A stretch of 64,000 nt of DNA from Chiloscyllium plagiosum (GCF_004010195.1 NC_057719.1:83973108-84037107), one strand, 5' to 3'; positions 38,956 through 52,877 are shown, counted from the first letter of the stretch. The notes: a model not told the origin generated them from the letters alone. Numbers and translations are program-made.

Positions 38956-40504
38956 CTAATGAGCACCTGAGCAAGCATTGGCCTTAGTGCTCTGATTTAG
39001 GGAGAATAGAAAGTGGCTGGTGTTTCTTCTTCTGACTGCTAAATGATTAATCTGCTGGGATGTGCTTATAGGTGGTGATTGGGTGAGGATATAAACAGTC
39101 AGTTTATGCCGAGTTTGTCAGCACCCAAAGGTGGGGAGAGTGCAGTAAAATAGTATTGAAGTAGAAAATCAGTCATAATATAGCTGAATGATGGAGCAGG
39201 TCCAGGAGGTCAAGTGATCCACAGCTGCTCTTATTTCCATTTTTTTAAACATTTGAACTGGTCAGTGAATGCTGATGCCAAGAGCACTTGATACAAACAT
39301 CCAGTTACTGCTGCTTCATGAGAAAGCTAGACGAGTCTAAGCACGTAAAGTTATGAAGGGTTAGAAAATGTCAAAGCTTGGTTTTAAAAATCTGCGTGCA
39401 ATGTTATGGGAAGCCTGAGGTGAAGGAATGAAGTTGGATATGGTACCTCTACAGTTTGCCGGGGTGAAGTTGTTGCTGTTCTGTCATGTGCATGCACAAG
39501 GGAACTCAAAGCTAAACTCACAAGATACAATTCTCTTATAAGTGTAAGCAAAGAAAGAGGTCCACTCAGATCATTTAACTGTAACTGTGCAAACTAATGA
39601 TTAGACTATTACTCATTTAAAGAGAGGATCCACATCTGGAATGCATAGAGACTAAGTACATTTCCATGATGTAAATCACAAGGTTTTCAAAAAAAACCCA
39701 GCTGCAGCTTTTGCCAATTGTCTGCCCCATAGAACTTTTGACAGATACTTTCTAATTGCACACAAATGACCCTGAAGCATTTTGTTCAATCTGTCGGAGA
39801 CAACTAAAGTAAATAACTGACTTAAAATAGAAACTACTCTTGGCTCTTCGACTCTGAAATGGCTCAGTTCAAGAATAAGCTCAGATTGCATCCGATAGCT
39901 TTGCTTTGATATAACATTGAGTGGAGTCAGCTAGATTCATACACACATTTCAAATTGTCCACAGTATCGTTTCCATTTGTCTCTCTGGCTGCAAGGCCTC
40001 TGCTCTTAACAGTGGTGTTGCCAATGGCTCTCCAAAACATGTCATGTCTCAAGTCTGCAAATGTCTTCCTGTTTCTGACACTTCCTGTAACATCAGACGT
40101 TTCTGTCACATTTTACTGAAAAATGGAGCAGCAGAAAATATTATCAGACGAGGTCAAGAAGCGCCAAAACCAAAGTAAGGGAAGGTGTTGGAAAAGAATC
40201 TAAGATTTAAGAAAACATTTAACCTGAAGGAGCAGACAAACGAAGTTGTCAAACCAACCCGGTCACTAAATATTTCTTAAAAGAATTTTCACAAACCCTT
40301 TTTTTCTCTAATGCAGGCCAAATTGACTCAGTAATATTAAAAATAACACATTTAATCAGTTACAAGTCTCATAGTAACATGATTCAACTTACCAAAACAT
40401 TGGCTGTTATGTTTTTGAAAACCTTCTTTAATAATGTTTCTTCAAGGCCACAAGAGTTTATCCCATAGAAATAGAAGCTATACAACCCCATGATTCTGCT
40501 CTAT

Positions 40505-40770
40505 CATAGAATCTCTACAGTGTGGAAGCAGGCCATTCAGCCCATTACCTCCATATGGACCCTCCAAAGAGCCTCCCACCAAGACCCAACCCCTTATCCT
40601 ATCCCTGAAGCCCCACATTTCCCATGGCTAACCCACCTCACCTGCACGTCTTTGGACTGGAGGTGGAAGACAGAGCACCCAGAGAAAACTCACGTAAATA
40701 GGGTAGAAAGAGTAAACTCCAAACAGCTCGAATTCAGGTGCCTGGCGCTGTGAGGCAGCAGTGCTAATCA
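40505..40770 (-). mobile_element. V-SINE
   Basis: Reverse-complement match to V-SINE. Confidence 0.8.
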
Positions 40771-41305
40771 ATTAGGTTAAGACTGATAGTTACCTTAAAT
40801 TCATCCACCCACTTTTACTCCATATTCCTTGATACCATAAGATAATAAAAATCCAACTGACTATTTTTAAAGGGCAGCCATTGATATGCAAGTAAACAAA
40901 GCAATCAATGTGGAGATTTGAGACATAATATTCTCTACTGCTGATACACAATGCACAGTTTTTGATAGAGAATATCATTACCATTCTCCAAAATCCTGAT
41001 CATACTGCTTATGTAACATGACTGTAACGTGACAGGTTTTTTTTCTTTTTTTCCAAAGAGGAGCATGTCACGTGCAGTACCACCTGACCTATTCTGAACT
41101 TCAAATTAGTATATTGCATAAGTGGACATAAAAGGCTGTAAAAGGATGGCAGTTCAAGGAGTTCATAACAAAAGGAACATTCCAGACTGATGTGAACCAA
41201 TGCCCTTCCCTGAAAAAAAGATCCAAAATGGTATTATCAAGTTGAACTGGACACTCAAAAACAAAGACATTGACTATCTTAAAGTCTCAAGGTCTCAGAA
41301 ACCAT

Positions 41306-41502
41306 CATAGATTCCCTACAGCGTGAAAACAGGCCATTTGGCTCAACAAGTCCATACCAACCCTCCGAAGAGTATTCCATCCAGACCCATTACCTTACTC
41401 TATTACACTACATTTTCTCCTGACTAGTGCACCTGGCCTACAAATCCCTGAACACTATGGGCAATTTAGCATGGCCAATTCACCTAACCTGCACATCTTT
41501 GG
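41306..41502 (-). mobile_element. V-SINE 3' half
   Basis: Ends at cctgcacatctttgg where CR1 sequence starts. Confidence 0.85.
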
Positions 41503-41900
41503 GACTCTATTCACTGGAGTTTAGAAGAATGAGAGGTGACCTCATTGAAACATACAAGATTCATAAGGGGCTTGACAGGGTAAATGCTGAGAGGATGTTT
41601 CCCCTCATGGGAGAGTCTAGGACCAGAGGGCATAGTCTTAGAATAAAGAGTGTGCATTTAAAACAATTCAAGGAGGAATTTCTTCCCTCAGAGGATTGTC
41701 TCTTAGGAATGCCTTCGCACACTGACCATGTGAATATTTAAAGCTGAGAGAGGTAGATTCTTGGTTAGTAGAGGAATCAAGGGCTTTGGGGAAAAGGAAG
41801 GAACATAGATGTGTGGATCATTGGATCAGTCAGGATCCTATTGAATGGTGGAGCAGGCTTGAGGGGCCAAATGGTCTACTCTTGCTCCTAGTTCTTATGG
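41500..41900 (+). mobile_element. CR1 3' end
   Basis: LGLYSLEFRRMRGDLIETYKIHKGLDRVNAERMFPLMGESRTRGHSLRIK; tail cttgctcctagttcttatggtc. Confidence 0.9.
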
Positions 41901-43899
41901 TCGTTTGAGAGATAAAAATGATAAACCAGAAACTGGCAACCATAATTTGTAAGTCTATCATCACTGAAAACCTTTGTGCATGTTGTAAAACGTTAGCTGG
42001 TTCATCATATACCCTCTCTCAATTTTGCCAGTGATTGAAATATGGGTCTCAACCAGCGGATTCCAGTTGCTTAGATTATGTGATTGGTTTAAATGAAGAA
42101 GTTTTAACCCCATGTGCTGTCAAGACCAAATGAAAGGTTTTAATTTTTTTGAAAAGACAAGCAACTATTATCCAACACCTGAATATCTACAATACCACAC
42201 TTACTCACACATTCATACATACCAGCACACAAACAAACAGCCAAGGGAACAACTGTGATGATAAGATATAGCATGCAGTTAGGTCTTAAACACTTGAAAG
42301 TTCTCTGTCACGCTTGATATTCCTTGAAATTTCTTAAAACTGTGAAGGCCTGTAACTTCTTGTTGGTCCACTGAAGGAGAGAGCCTGGAGGTTTAAGAGG
42401 ACAAACTCTGTGTGATTTATTGCTTGCATTCGTATATTTGTCTTGTTCCTTTATAGTCGATCTCTGTGGTGAAAATCCTGGTTTCGTTCCTCAAATAGGA
42501 GGAAATCACAGCCATTCCAAATTCTCCGCCTGTTAACAGTTTTCCTTCTTTGCGGATCATGATCTTATTGTCCTCCTGCTTCGGAAAAAAAATGTACTAA
42601 TGAAATATCCTTATCGGAAATCTAGCTTCTGCCATGTGACCGAAGTGCTTTTGTGCATTATACTCACAAATAGTTTTGGACAGCTAGTTAGTTGTCAAAC
42701 AACAGAGTCCGGGTTTCACAAATTCATGCATCATCATGACACAACGGTTTATTGCACAACCATTTTCTGGTTTTCAACTCCAAAAAGCTTAAGAAGTGGG
42801 TAAACATTAACCATAGCAAAGATTTGTTGTATTTTAATGGCTGCTCAGCCAAAGATATCTCCCGAAAAGATTTGGCTGCATTTTAATAGCTTGTCGAGAC
42901 ATGAAAGTTCGTTCAAGGATGTTGTATGGTTTTATGTGTTTAGACAGGAAAATAAAAATCACCTGATCGCTCAACCCAACTTTGTTTTAAAATAAGTACT
43001 TGTTTCAAATTCGTACTTCATAAGTCCATATTGCGTGAATGTGAGAGAATGTAAAGTCTATGCTATTCCTTGTTGGATACATCTGCAGTACATATTAACC
43101 CTGCCATATCAGGAGGGAGAAAGCGATTGAATAATAACCCGATAAAGTAAGGGGAAGGAAACATATTTATGTTTATAAACACAGGCATGGACTTGTTGGA
43201 TCAAAGAGCCTGTTCCTGTGCTGTAATTCTGATGTAATTTCGCACATGGTTCCATACTAAATTAAAACCCAATATCCTACCACTCCAAGCATTCACATCC
43301 CTTAATGTTGCACTAACCACGCCACTTCAAATAGAATGTCGAATGTGAACAGGCCACAATTTATTTTTCCATTAATACAACAATGGCCACATTCACTTTG
43401 AACCTAAACATCAGATGCAATAGAAAGCAACAGCTGTTTCAGCCAAAACATCCATCAACATTACAACACATGAACTGTAAACAATCATCCAAATGAATCA
43501 TTAGAATTCTGAACCAAACATATGCATTTTCCCCACTACTTGTTTGCTACGGTCTTCCATTAGTTTCTTGAAAGTGAATACACGATGAAAACCAGAGCTG
43601 AGAGGAAACACCAAATGGTATATCCAGAATTATCTGAGATGTAAACCTTTGTGATTTTACATTGGCAGACAGCAGGAACGTAAATATTCTGGGCTTTAAT
43701 ATAGTGGGGGCAGTGTACTGAATTTCTGAACTGTAATTTTTTCTGAGAGTAGGCACTGTAAGTTTTGGGTATATAGCAGAGAGGCAAAGAAAAGGCAATA
43801 AATTTTGGGGGAATAAAGCAGCTTTATGACTTTTTCTCAAGTGCAATACTGGGTGAAAGATATATGAATCTATAAAGGGGCGATGAAACAGAAAAAATT

Positions 43900-44650
43900 A
43901 GAATCAGACCCATTAGGCTATTAATAGGACATTTGGCTCTGCTGTTCAATATGATCACGGCTAATCATCCAACACAGTATCCTGCTCCCACTTTCTCCCC
44001 ATATCCCATTGATCCGTTTAGTCCTAAGAACTGTATCTAACAACTTCTTGGAAGCATTCAATGTTTTGGCCTCAATTGCTTACTATGGTAAAGAATTTCA
44101 CAGTCTCACCACTCTCTGGGTTAAGAAATTTCTCCTCAGCTCAGGTCTAAATGGCCTACCCCACATCTTTAGACTGGGACCACACGATTCTGGAATGACC
44201 AGACAGCAGGAACATCCATCCTGCGTTTACCCAGTCGCATCCTGTTGGAATTTGGTAGGTTTCTGTGAGATTCCATTCTTTGAAACTCCGGTGAATATCA
44301 TCCAAACCAATCCAGTTTCTCTTCATACGCCATCTCAGGAATCAGAGATGGAAATGTGTTGCTGGAAAAGCGCAGCAGGTCAGGCAGCATCTAGGGAACA
44401 GGAGAATCGACGTTTCGGGCATTAGCCCTTCTTCGGGCTTATGCCCGAAACGTCGATTCTCCTGTTCCCTAGATGCTGCCTGACCTGCTGCGCTTTTCCA
44501 GCAACACATTTCCATCTCTGATCTCCAGCATCTGCAGACCTCATTTTCTCATCTCAGGAATCAGTCCAGTAAACCATTGTTGAAGTCCTTCATACTCAGA
44601 AGATCCTTCTTTAGATAAGGAGACCAAAACTACACACAATACCACAGTTG
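43900..44650 (-). mobile_element. Old CR1 3' portion
   Basis: Reverse-complement CR1 3' sequence (ggagaccaaaactacacacaatac). Confidence 0.7.
44346..44549. mobile_element. PLE-derived fold-back mini-element, near-perfect palindrome
   Basis: 88-bp arms 44341-44428 and 44435-44522 with one mismatch, 6-nt spacer, tail; TSD catctcaggaatcag at 44331-44345 and 44550-44564. Confidence 0.92.
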
Positions 44651-45809
44651 TAGACTGAATTGAAGGCAAATATGATTTTTCTAGCATATAAAATTAAGGA
44701 AAAGTATGCAATTTTTTAGGGATAGAATATTAGAATCAATAGAAGGTATATGGATTTTGGGTGTTAAGATGAGTGGACCTTTTTAATCCTACAGAAATGT
44801 TATGGAGTACATTGGGAGATTAGGTTTTCTGAGATCACATCTGTACAGCTGCCTGTTCCTCTGTCTATGAAATAAAGTTCTGTATGCAGCTGTTTCCAAT
44901 CTTCCTTTTCTGTATGGATGTTAGGTACTTGTAGTAGTTTTACTCAATAAGCCCAGTTCCTCGTCTGTCCCGAAAGAGATCATCCTCCAGCTAGTTGGTG
45001 TCTTATATTAAGCAAGAATTTGCAATGTGTTCCTCTGGATAAGTGCCTCTACTCTCTGTAAGCACATCCCCTTTCATCATTGTGTAAGTATGCCAGGTCT
45101 TGAACTTAGTGCAACAAAGGAGGTTAAAAACATAACTAGGTGCATTCAAAAGGAAACTCTCTTATTTGTTACTAAGGCGAGCCTGACACAACATATTCCT
45201 AATCAACAATCCCACAGTGAGACTCAAATATCAGTGCTGAAAGAAAAAATTATTGAAGGGAGGCATATTCTCAAGACAATGACAGCTTCCATCATGAGCT
45301 ACAAAGCATGTAGGTAAGGATTTTTAACCCTTAGTTTACATTGCCCCTTGTCAGCTGAGAGGTGATGCTTCAGTCATCAGTGGTCTTCAACAGATTAGCC
45401 CATTACTTTTGTCACAAACTATCTTCTCATGGCTCTCTATTTTGTTAACACTGTTGGTCAGAGCTCCTTGAAACTTCTCTCACTTCCTTCAACTCCCACC
45501 TTACGTTACATTGTTCTATCCTCCTCTGCGCGTTGAATCAAGATTTGCTGCAAAATGATTGTCTATACTCTTTATTCTTCACTCTCTCAGTTTTTTGCTC
45601 CTATAATCTGCTAGCTCTGATCACTCAAGTTTAGCAAAATGCCTAATTGATATTTCCTGAATGATCTTGACATGAAATTTGCGCAAGGTGGCCAAAATTT
45701 ATTAGTCTAGGGTTCTGCTCTTTGCATTTCAATAACAGTTTGCTATCAACTTTGTTGGGGGTGAGAACTGACAACAAGCAACAGGGCATCTCATACCTTA
45801 AGGAATGAG

Positions 45810-46137
45810 AGGCACGGTGACGCAGTGGTTAGCACTGCTGCCTCACAGCGCCAGGGACCCGGGTTTGATTCAGGTGTCTGTCTGTGTCGAGTTTGCATGT
45901 TCACCCCGTGGGTTTTCTCCAGTTGATCTGGTTTCCTAACACAATCCAAAGATGTGCAGGTTAGGTGAATTGGCCATGCTAAATTACCCTTGGTGTTCAG
46001 GGATGTGTAGGTTAAGTGCATTAGTTAGGGGTAAATGTAGAGTAATAGGTTAGGGGAATGGGTCTGGTTGGATTATTCTTCAGAGGGTCGGTGTAGACTT
46101 GTCGGGCCAAATGCCCTTCACACTGTGGGGATTCTAA
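45810..46137 (+). mobile_element. V-SINE
   Basis: ggcacggtgacgcagtggttagcactgctgcctcacagcgccagggacccgggtttgattc. Confidence 0.9.
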
Positions 46138-46599
46138 TTCTAAAGGACAAACAGTGTAGCTCTACCATCAATATGTTTTGAAGATATTAAGTCAGAGAGG
46201 AAAATTGTAAAAGGAAATAGAATGAATCAGAGTCAGCTCAGGTACAGAAAGATTGGGAAAGGATTAGATTAACATAATGTTATGCCTCACTCAGGTAGTG
46301 TACTGGAAATCGAGCCCTGCTATTCACATTCATTATCACTGAAATGAATGAATTTTTAAAAGTATGCAGAATTTTCCAACTCCTCTGTCCTTTAGATCCA
46401 GGTCGACAGAAAGTGCAGACTAAGTTTCTGTACGTAACAAGAATTACTACAGATTACAAATAAACAGATTCTAACTACAGAAAAGTAGTTATGAACTTTC
46501 AACATATAACCACTCGTTAAAATGTTAACACATTTAAAGCTCCGCACTACAAACACTACAGATAGAGACAAAATAAACATCTGTGCAATAGGTGGAGGA

Positions 46600-47490
46600 A
46601 AAGAATCATAGAATCGTACAGAACAGAACAGTCCTCTCAGCCATTGAGTCTCTGCACCAAAAACATCCATAAATCTACACTGGTCCTGCTTTCCAGCACT
46701 GGGCCCTGAGCCTTGAATGCAATGATGTTTCAAGTGCTATCCAAGTACGTTTTAAAGGTTGTGAGGTTTCCTGCTTCTACTACCTCCCAGGCAGTGCATG
46801 ACCTTGTGGGTGAAATAAAGTTTCCTCAAAACCTCCCTAACCCTCAGGTCTTTCCCCTTATAAGTGTTGCCCCTTGTTATTGAACCTGCTTTCTATCCAC
46901 ACCCCTCAAAACCTTATACACATTTATTAGGTGTCACCCTCAATCTTCTCTGTTCCAAAGAAAACAATCTAGGCTTAACCAGCCTTGCTTCATAGCTAAA
47001 CTGCTCCACAGAGACATAGAGTCATAGATATGTACAGCATGGAAACAGACACATTGTTCCAACTCGTTCATGCCAACCAGATATCCTAAATTAATCCAGT
47101 CCCATCACCAGCATTTGGCCCATATCCTTCTAAACCCTTCCTATTCATGTACCCATCAAAATGCCTTTTAAATGTTGCAATTGTACCAGCTTCCACCACT
47201 TCCGCTGGTAGCTCATTCCATACAAGCACTGCCCTCTGCATGACAAAGTTGCCCCTTAGGCCCTTTTATATCTCTCCTCTCTCACCTTAAATCTCTGCCC
47301 TCTAGTTTTGGACTCCCCTACCCTGGGGAAAAGACCTTAGCTACTCACCCTATTCATGCCCCTCATGATTTTATTTATTTCTATGAGCCTCCGAAGCTCC
47401 AGGGAAAACAGCGCCAGTCAATTCAGCCTGCCCCATAGCTCAAACCCTCCTAACCTGGCAGCATCCTTGTAAATCTTTTCTGAACCCTTC
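46600..47490 (-). mobile_element. Two adjacent or nested CR1 3' ends (46600-47010 old, 47010-47490 younger)
   Basis: Reverse-complement CR1 tails agaatcatagaatc and catagagtcatagata; CR1 ORF2 C-terminal sequence. Confidence 0.8.
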
Positions 47491-50400
47491 ATGGTCTTCC
47501 ATTTCCAGGTACTTTCACTTGTTTGCAAGAGGCACACGGTGATTTGTTCACACTTGTGAAGGTCTCTGATTCACTAATTCTATGTCACAGCTCATGGCAA
47601 CTGATGAGAGTAAATAAAGTGGCTACTTTCAAGCTTGACATGCATTTTGCTGCAGACCAGAAATCCTTCTCTTCCTGAGGTCCAATTGCTTCGCTGTCCC
47701 CATGCTGTTCAGCTACCTAGAGCCAATTAGTTATTTGCAGATAGGATGCCTTTGTTATTGTTATCTTGTCACCAATTCACAGACAAATCAGCTACTAGTT
47801 GCCAACCAAATCTCCATTCGTACACAGCCCCTGGCTCCAACTCATCTGCAATTAGATATTGTCTCACTGCTTGAACAAATAAAAGTGCTGGTTTAAAAGC
47901 TAAGGATTGTTGCAGGATTTCTGCATTTTTTTAAAGCAAGTTATTTGATACTCGTTGTAAGTACTTTTTAAACCAGCACTTTTCCTATTTCAGTCTACTA
48001 TCAAAAGAACAGAATTTTTAAAAGATACGGTCTTTACAATGTATTTTGTAAAGAAGGCAATCTTGACTTTTTAAAAATAGAAACAGCCTCTCAAAAAATG
48101 TCAACTGTTTTACAACCTGTCCAGGAAAGGGAAATCAGCTCCCTCCTTTTTAACTCACTCCCATTCAATAGTAACAAATATTTCTGGCACACAGCAATCA
48201 TATTTCAATTAAATCATAATGAAATCAAGGAAAGCATAGTGGCCAAATTACAAGGTTTCCTCAAGTGTAAGAAAGGGGAATTTTAGTAACCACTAACCCC
48301 TCCCTAATAAAAAGGTATTAAAACTGAACACCAAACACACACAAAACAAAGCAGGCAGTAAACTTACAAGGAAGTAGGGAGGAAGAGTGCCGAGCACAGT
48401 CAGGAAGATAAGGGCAATTGCAGTTTAAAGTCCTAAGAGACTGCGTTGTGAGAACATGCATCTTAACTGCTTTTCTGTGCCCAGTTTCTTAAGCAGTGCT
48501 GAGGCTTGCAGCTATCCTTGAGTTTTCAATGAATGGTTGCTGTCTCAAGTTGCTTGTCCACGCGATATTATTAGATAGACAGGGAGAAAGAGGATTCTAG
48601 CTTCTTGTTGTTCTCAATTTGTATTTCTTTTTCACTCTCTGCTTTGCTGTTCAAAAACTGTTGCTACAAATACACTTTCTTTGTAGATTCTAGTGTCTGG
48701 CATCATTGTCTTTTGAAACTGGAGGATCTGCATGTGGTTTTAATTCTTATGTGCGAATTCCAGAAACATTTGACGCAAAAGATACAATCTGAGTCTCTGT
48801 ATGTTTTACAACAATGCTAATTTTGGCTCAGACTGATCTTTGTTTACTGATTATTTCATGAACTTGCCTCAGCATAGTTAGGTAATTTTGCATCACTTTA
48901 GGTCAGTATTTGTCTTATCTAAAAATCACTAGCTTGCGAAGAGTGTTCTTAACTCTAAACAGAGAGGTAATCAGAAGCAAACCAACATTCCGCTGAAAGC
49001 AACCTGCATTTGTCGCAACTGCCAAATTAGTAAACCGGAAGAAACAATTTTCTCTTTCTCTCGCAAAACTTGCCTACCTAGCAGATCCACCTGCACAAGC
49101 ACCCTCCAACTGTTCAACTACAAAAACGATCACAGTTGCTGAATCCTGACTTCCAATTTTTAATTCATTTGCCTTTGAAAAGAAAACCTACAAATGACAG
49201 TTCTATAATAATTAACTGAACTGACATTGTCTTCATAAGTACCTTTATCCATTTTTATTTAATCTTGATCTGTATTTTATCAAATAACTATATTTTTACT
49301 CAATAACTTGTAGCCATAACTTATAATGAATAAACCCTTGAGCTTGTTTAAAACTAAAGCTAAAAGGTGGGGTAAATAAGTTATGTATTAATTTACGATT
49401 CACTGACCATGCTGCAAACATGCCTGGGACCACATGTGTGTGACAGACAGCGTGAAAGCGAAATGAAAAAAAAAGATTTTAAAGAAGAAAACCTGAAACT
49501 TAAATCTGTAAAAAATACTTCTGGGAATGAAACTCATTAGTTGGAGAAGCTTATTAGCATTGTGTTAATATTTATAACACTGTTTACAGTGCACATACGT
49601 TGGTTATGCCAGCTCTAACTTTTTGCAGTGAGCTTAATTCATGTTTAATGTGCAAATTCTTAAACTCCACAGGGTGGTTCAGGATGCAATGCTGCTTTTG
49701 CAAAGTTCAGCAACATATTTAGCCAATAGCTTGAGGAGATTCACAATGCACAGAGTATCTCTTCTTTGTCACAGGTTACTGGACAATGAAGTCATAAACA
49801 ATATAAGCGCCATTCAAGTCTGGTATTTTGTCAGGAAATTTAATCATATTTTCTTTATGTTCCCTCTAAAACACTGGCATTATTTTGGCCAATTCACCTT
49901 GGCCAGTCTACAACTTCCAACACGCTCCACAATAAATCCTACTCTGCTAACTAGCCTCTTCACAGCTTGTTCAGCTTGCCAACCTGGGCACTCACCAAAC
50001 CAGGAGATGTAATCACTGGGAAATTAAATATTATTCAGCCATTTTTAGTATAGTCACAGGGTAAGATCGTCTCCATAAATCACAGTAATGTTAATCCCAA
50101 CCTCAAAAGCATTCACTACAGTCTCAGGATAAAATTTCTCAACTCTTGCTGCCCCAGAGGACTGTATTTCAATTCTTATTGCTTCAATACAACCTTTCTT
50201 CACTTTCTAGTCTGCATGGCATCTGCATCTGTGAATGAACTACCCAGTACTGCTAAACTATGGATGGCACTGTGCCAAAGGCAGACTGAAGATCACTTTA
50301 TTCAGTAAAAAGGCTCGTCAGTTTGGGCTAGATTCAAAGCTGTTGTCTCGTTCTTAAAGGAAAGGAAAGGATACTAAGGCTGAAGTGTGCAAGATTTTAA

Positions 50401-50689
50401 TCATATAGATACAATATATGTGCACATTCATATGGAATGTCAAAGGCAAGTACAATGTTTTAATCAATTTTTTAACCTTACATAATCTATCAAAATTATG
50501 CTCAATCAGGACCTTTCCCACGATGCATAAAAACTCTAACGGCAGCCTTTTTGAAATTTTCAGGCAAAAACTAGGGCAAAATAGGAAAATAATTAATGCA
50601 AATATTTGGTTGCAATTCAAGGGGCTGATTTCTGGGCCTATGCTGAAAGTTACTCACTACATGTAATGCTCAGTTGGCCAAGAACACCT

Positions 50690-50886
50690 CACTGTCTAAC
50701 TGTACAGAAACCCTGTTTATTCAGTACGGTAACAGCTACTCTATGCGTATCTGTACAGAGATTCTGTTTATTCAGCAAGGTAAGAGTTACTGTGTGTTAC
50801 TGTACAGAGACCCTGTTTATTCAGCAGGGTATGGTTACTCACTGTGTAACTGTACAGAGTTCCTGTTTATTCAGCTGGGTAGTGGT
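50690..50886. repeat. Minisatellite, ~50 bp x 4
   Basis: ctgtacaga...ctgtttattcag...ggta recurs at 50700, 50751, 50800 and 50850. Confidence 0.9.
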
Positions 50887-52084
50887 TGTAAGCAGCCAAA
50901 TAGAACATAGTCATGATAGGAATTCTGACAGCTCCTCTCCTTCCCCCAACAAAAGAAGCCAATTTTCAGTGAGTCAGAGCAGGCTGGTGTCTCGACAGTT
51001 TTCTGAGATCCTGCGGTTTTCAGGATGCCTTTCTATGGATGTAAAATTGCCTGAAATGGAAAAGCATTTGCCAAAACTCTCAGGAAAGAAGCAACCGGAG
51101 CAAAATATAAAACACACACCTGCCACTCATCACAACAGCGCTTCAATAACTTGCATTGAAAAGTACAAGTGAACAGAGTTCTGAAATAAAGCCAATGACC
51201 CTAGGTTTTTCCTGTAGGAGCTGGGCAGAGACCTCTTACTGGCAGCAAAACAGAGACATGGGCTGCAAACTATATACCACTGTTCACTGCAAGCTGCTGA
51301 TACAATTTCTATTGTAAGATCAGATAACCAGGCCAGCACTGCTAGTGCTGGAGAACAGAGCATTAAAGGCACTTCAGATTTCTCAATAGCTATCTAGCAT
51401 TGCCACATTAAGTATAATAAAGGTGAAATTACAGAATTACATAAAACTCTCAACACAGACACAGGCCATTCAGCCCAACTGACCGATGCCAGTAACAGAA
51501 ACAGAAAATGGTGAAAAAGCTCAGCAGGTGCAGCAGCCTCTGTGGAGTAAAAGAACAGTTAATATCTTAAGCTCAGTGGAATCTTGCTGAAGCTAAAAAA
51601 AACTCACACCCCTTACTAAATTCTGAACATAGTCAACGGACTTAAAATGCTAATTCGGCTTCTTTCTCCATAGATGCTGTCAGACCTGTAGTGTTTTGCT
51701 ACTACTTTCTGTTTTATTTCAAGTCTACAACGTCTGCTGGATTTTACTTCTATTTTGGGTCTAGGCATCAAACCTCCTCCAAGCCTACTTCTCACTTGAT
51801 CAGCAATTCCATCTATTCCTTTCCCACTCATGCAGTTATCTGGCTCTCCACATCATTTTTCAGGACGTCTGACATTTAACCACAGTAACGTTTGGAAAAT
51901 GTGGTCAGATCTAACATTCACATTATTTTAAAGCAGAGTGTATTCTCTCAGTTTAGACACCGAACATTCAAAAGAAAAAATTTTTTCCAGAGGCTGAACA
52001 ACTTGCAGAGAACATCTCACTTTACTGTGTTGCAAAGTTCCTTAATCCCTGGCAGGCAGGCTTTTATTTTGGAAACAGCACGGT

Positions 52085-52182
52085 TTTGAGAAAGGGTCAC
52101 CTGACCCGAAATGTTAACTCTGATTTCTCTCCACAGATGCTGCCAGTCCTGCCGAGCTTTTCCAGCAATTTCTGTTTTTGTT
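52085..52182 (+). mobile_element. PLE-derived terminal fragment (family 2)
   Basis: tgagaaaGGGTCacctGACCCgaaatgttaactctgatttctctccacagatgctgccag...ttttccagcaatttctgtttttgtt. Confidence 0.7.
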
Positions 52183-52877
52183 ATGGGTATGAAGGGAATC
52201 GCTGAGGACTTTCACTGAGGCAAAATACTAAATACGGCTTGCAAATAGATGGAAGCCATCTTGACTAAATCAAATTTAAAATGTAGGAAGTTATGTCCCA
52301 TTCAGATATTTGTGCAGAAGCCGTAAATATCAAATCAGAAGAAACTGCTGTTGCTACTACCTTGGGTTATCTGACTGTGCAAGTAGATATGGGGCAGTTT
52401 AAGTCACTGATCAGAAAAGCAAGATGTTCAGATCTCTTTTGGAGCACTGAAACCAATAAGAAATTTAGTGCAGATCCAAATTTGTAGCATACTTTCTCAC
52501 TCAAATATCTCTGTCTTCCTCTGAACCCAGGCGAAGGAATCAGCATCTCAACATGTCTTAAGTGGAAAAGACAAAGACTGACACGAAGTCAAAATGCTCA
52601 GAGAGCTACTTCACGTGTGATGGGCCAAATGGCCTCCAATTCTGCGATTCTGAAGGAGAACTTTCATGATTCCTGTCAGCCAGAAGGCAAAGTTGGATCA
52701 GCTGAGATTCAGAAATGGAAGGCAGAAGAATTGTACAAAATAAAATCAAAATTGTTTCAAAAGCTACAGGCAGGTGGAGACAGCCACTCTAAATCAAACA
52801 GTTGGAGGGCCGTGCTCAACTTCGGGTTCCACTCTAGGTTAGAAAAAATTGAGGTTTTAAAGAGGGTTCAGCATACA

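Noticed and set aside
39676..40115. Pseudo-exon or TGA-recoded (selenoprotein-like) minus-strand frame
   Set aside because: It needs several stops and a frameshift, has no recognisable homology and no SECIS was seen; consistent with chance
50690..50886. CRISPR-like array
   Set aside because: Eukaryotic context, and the 'spacers' are homologous to each other, so it is a minisatellite
49630..51372. Protein-like frames on either strand
   Set aside because: Frequent stops, no consistent frame or domain; the longest ORF is inflated by the minisatellite
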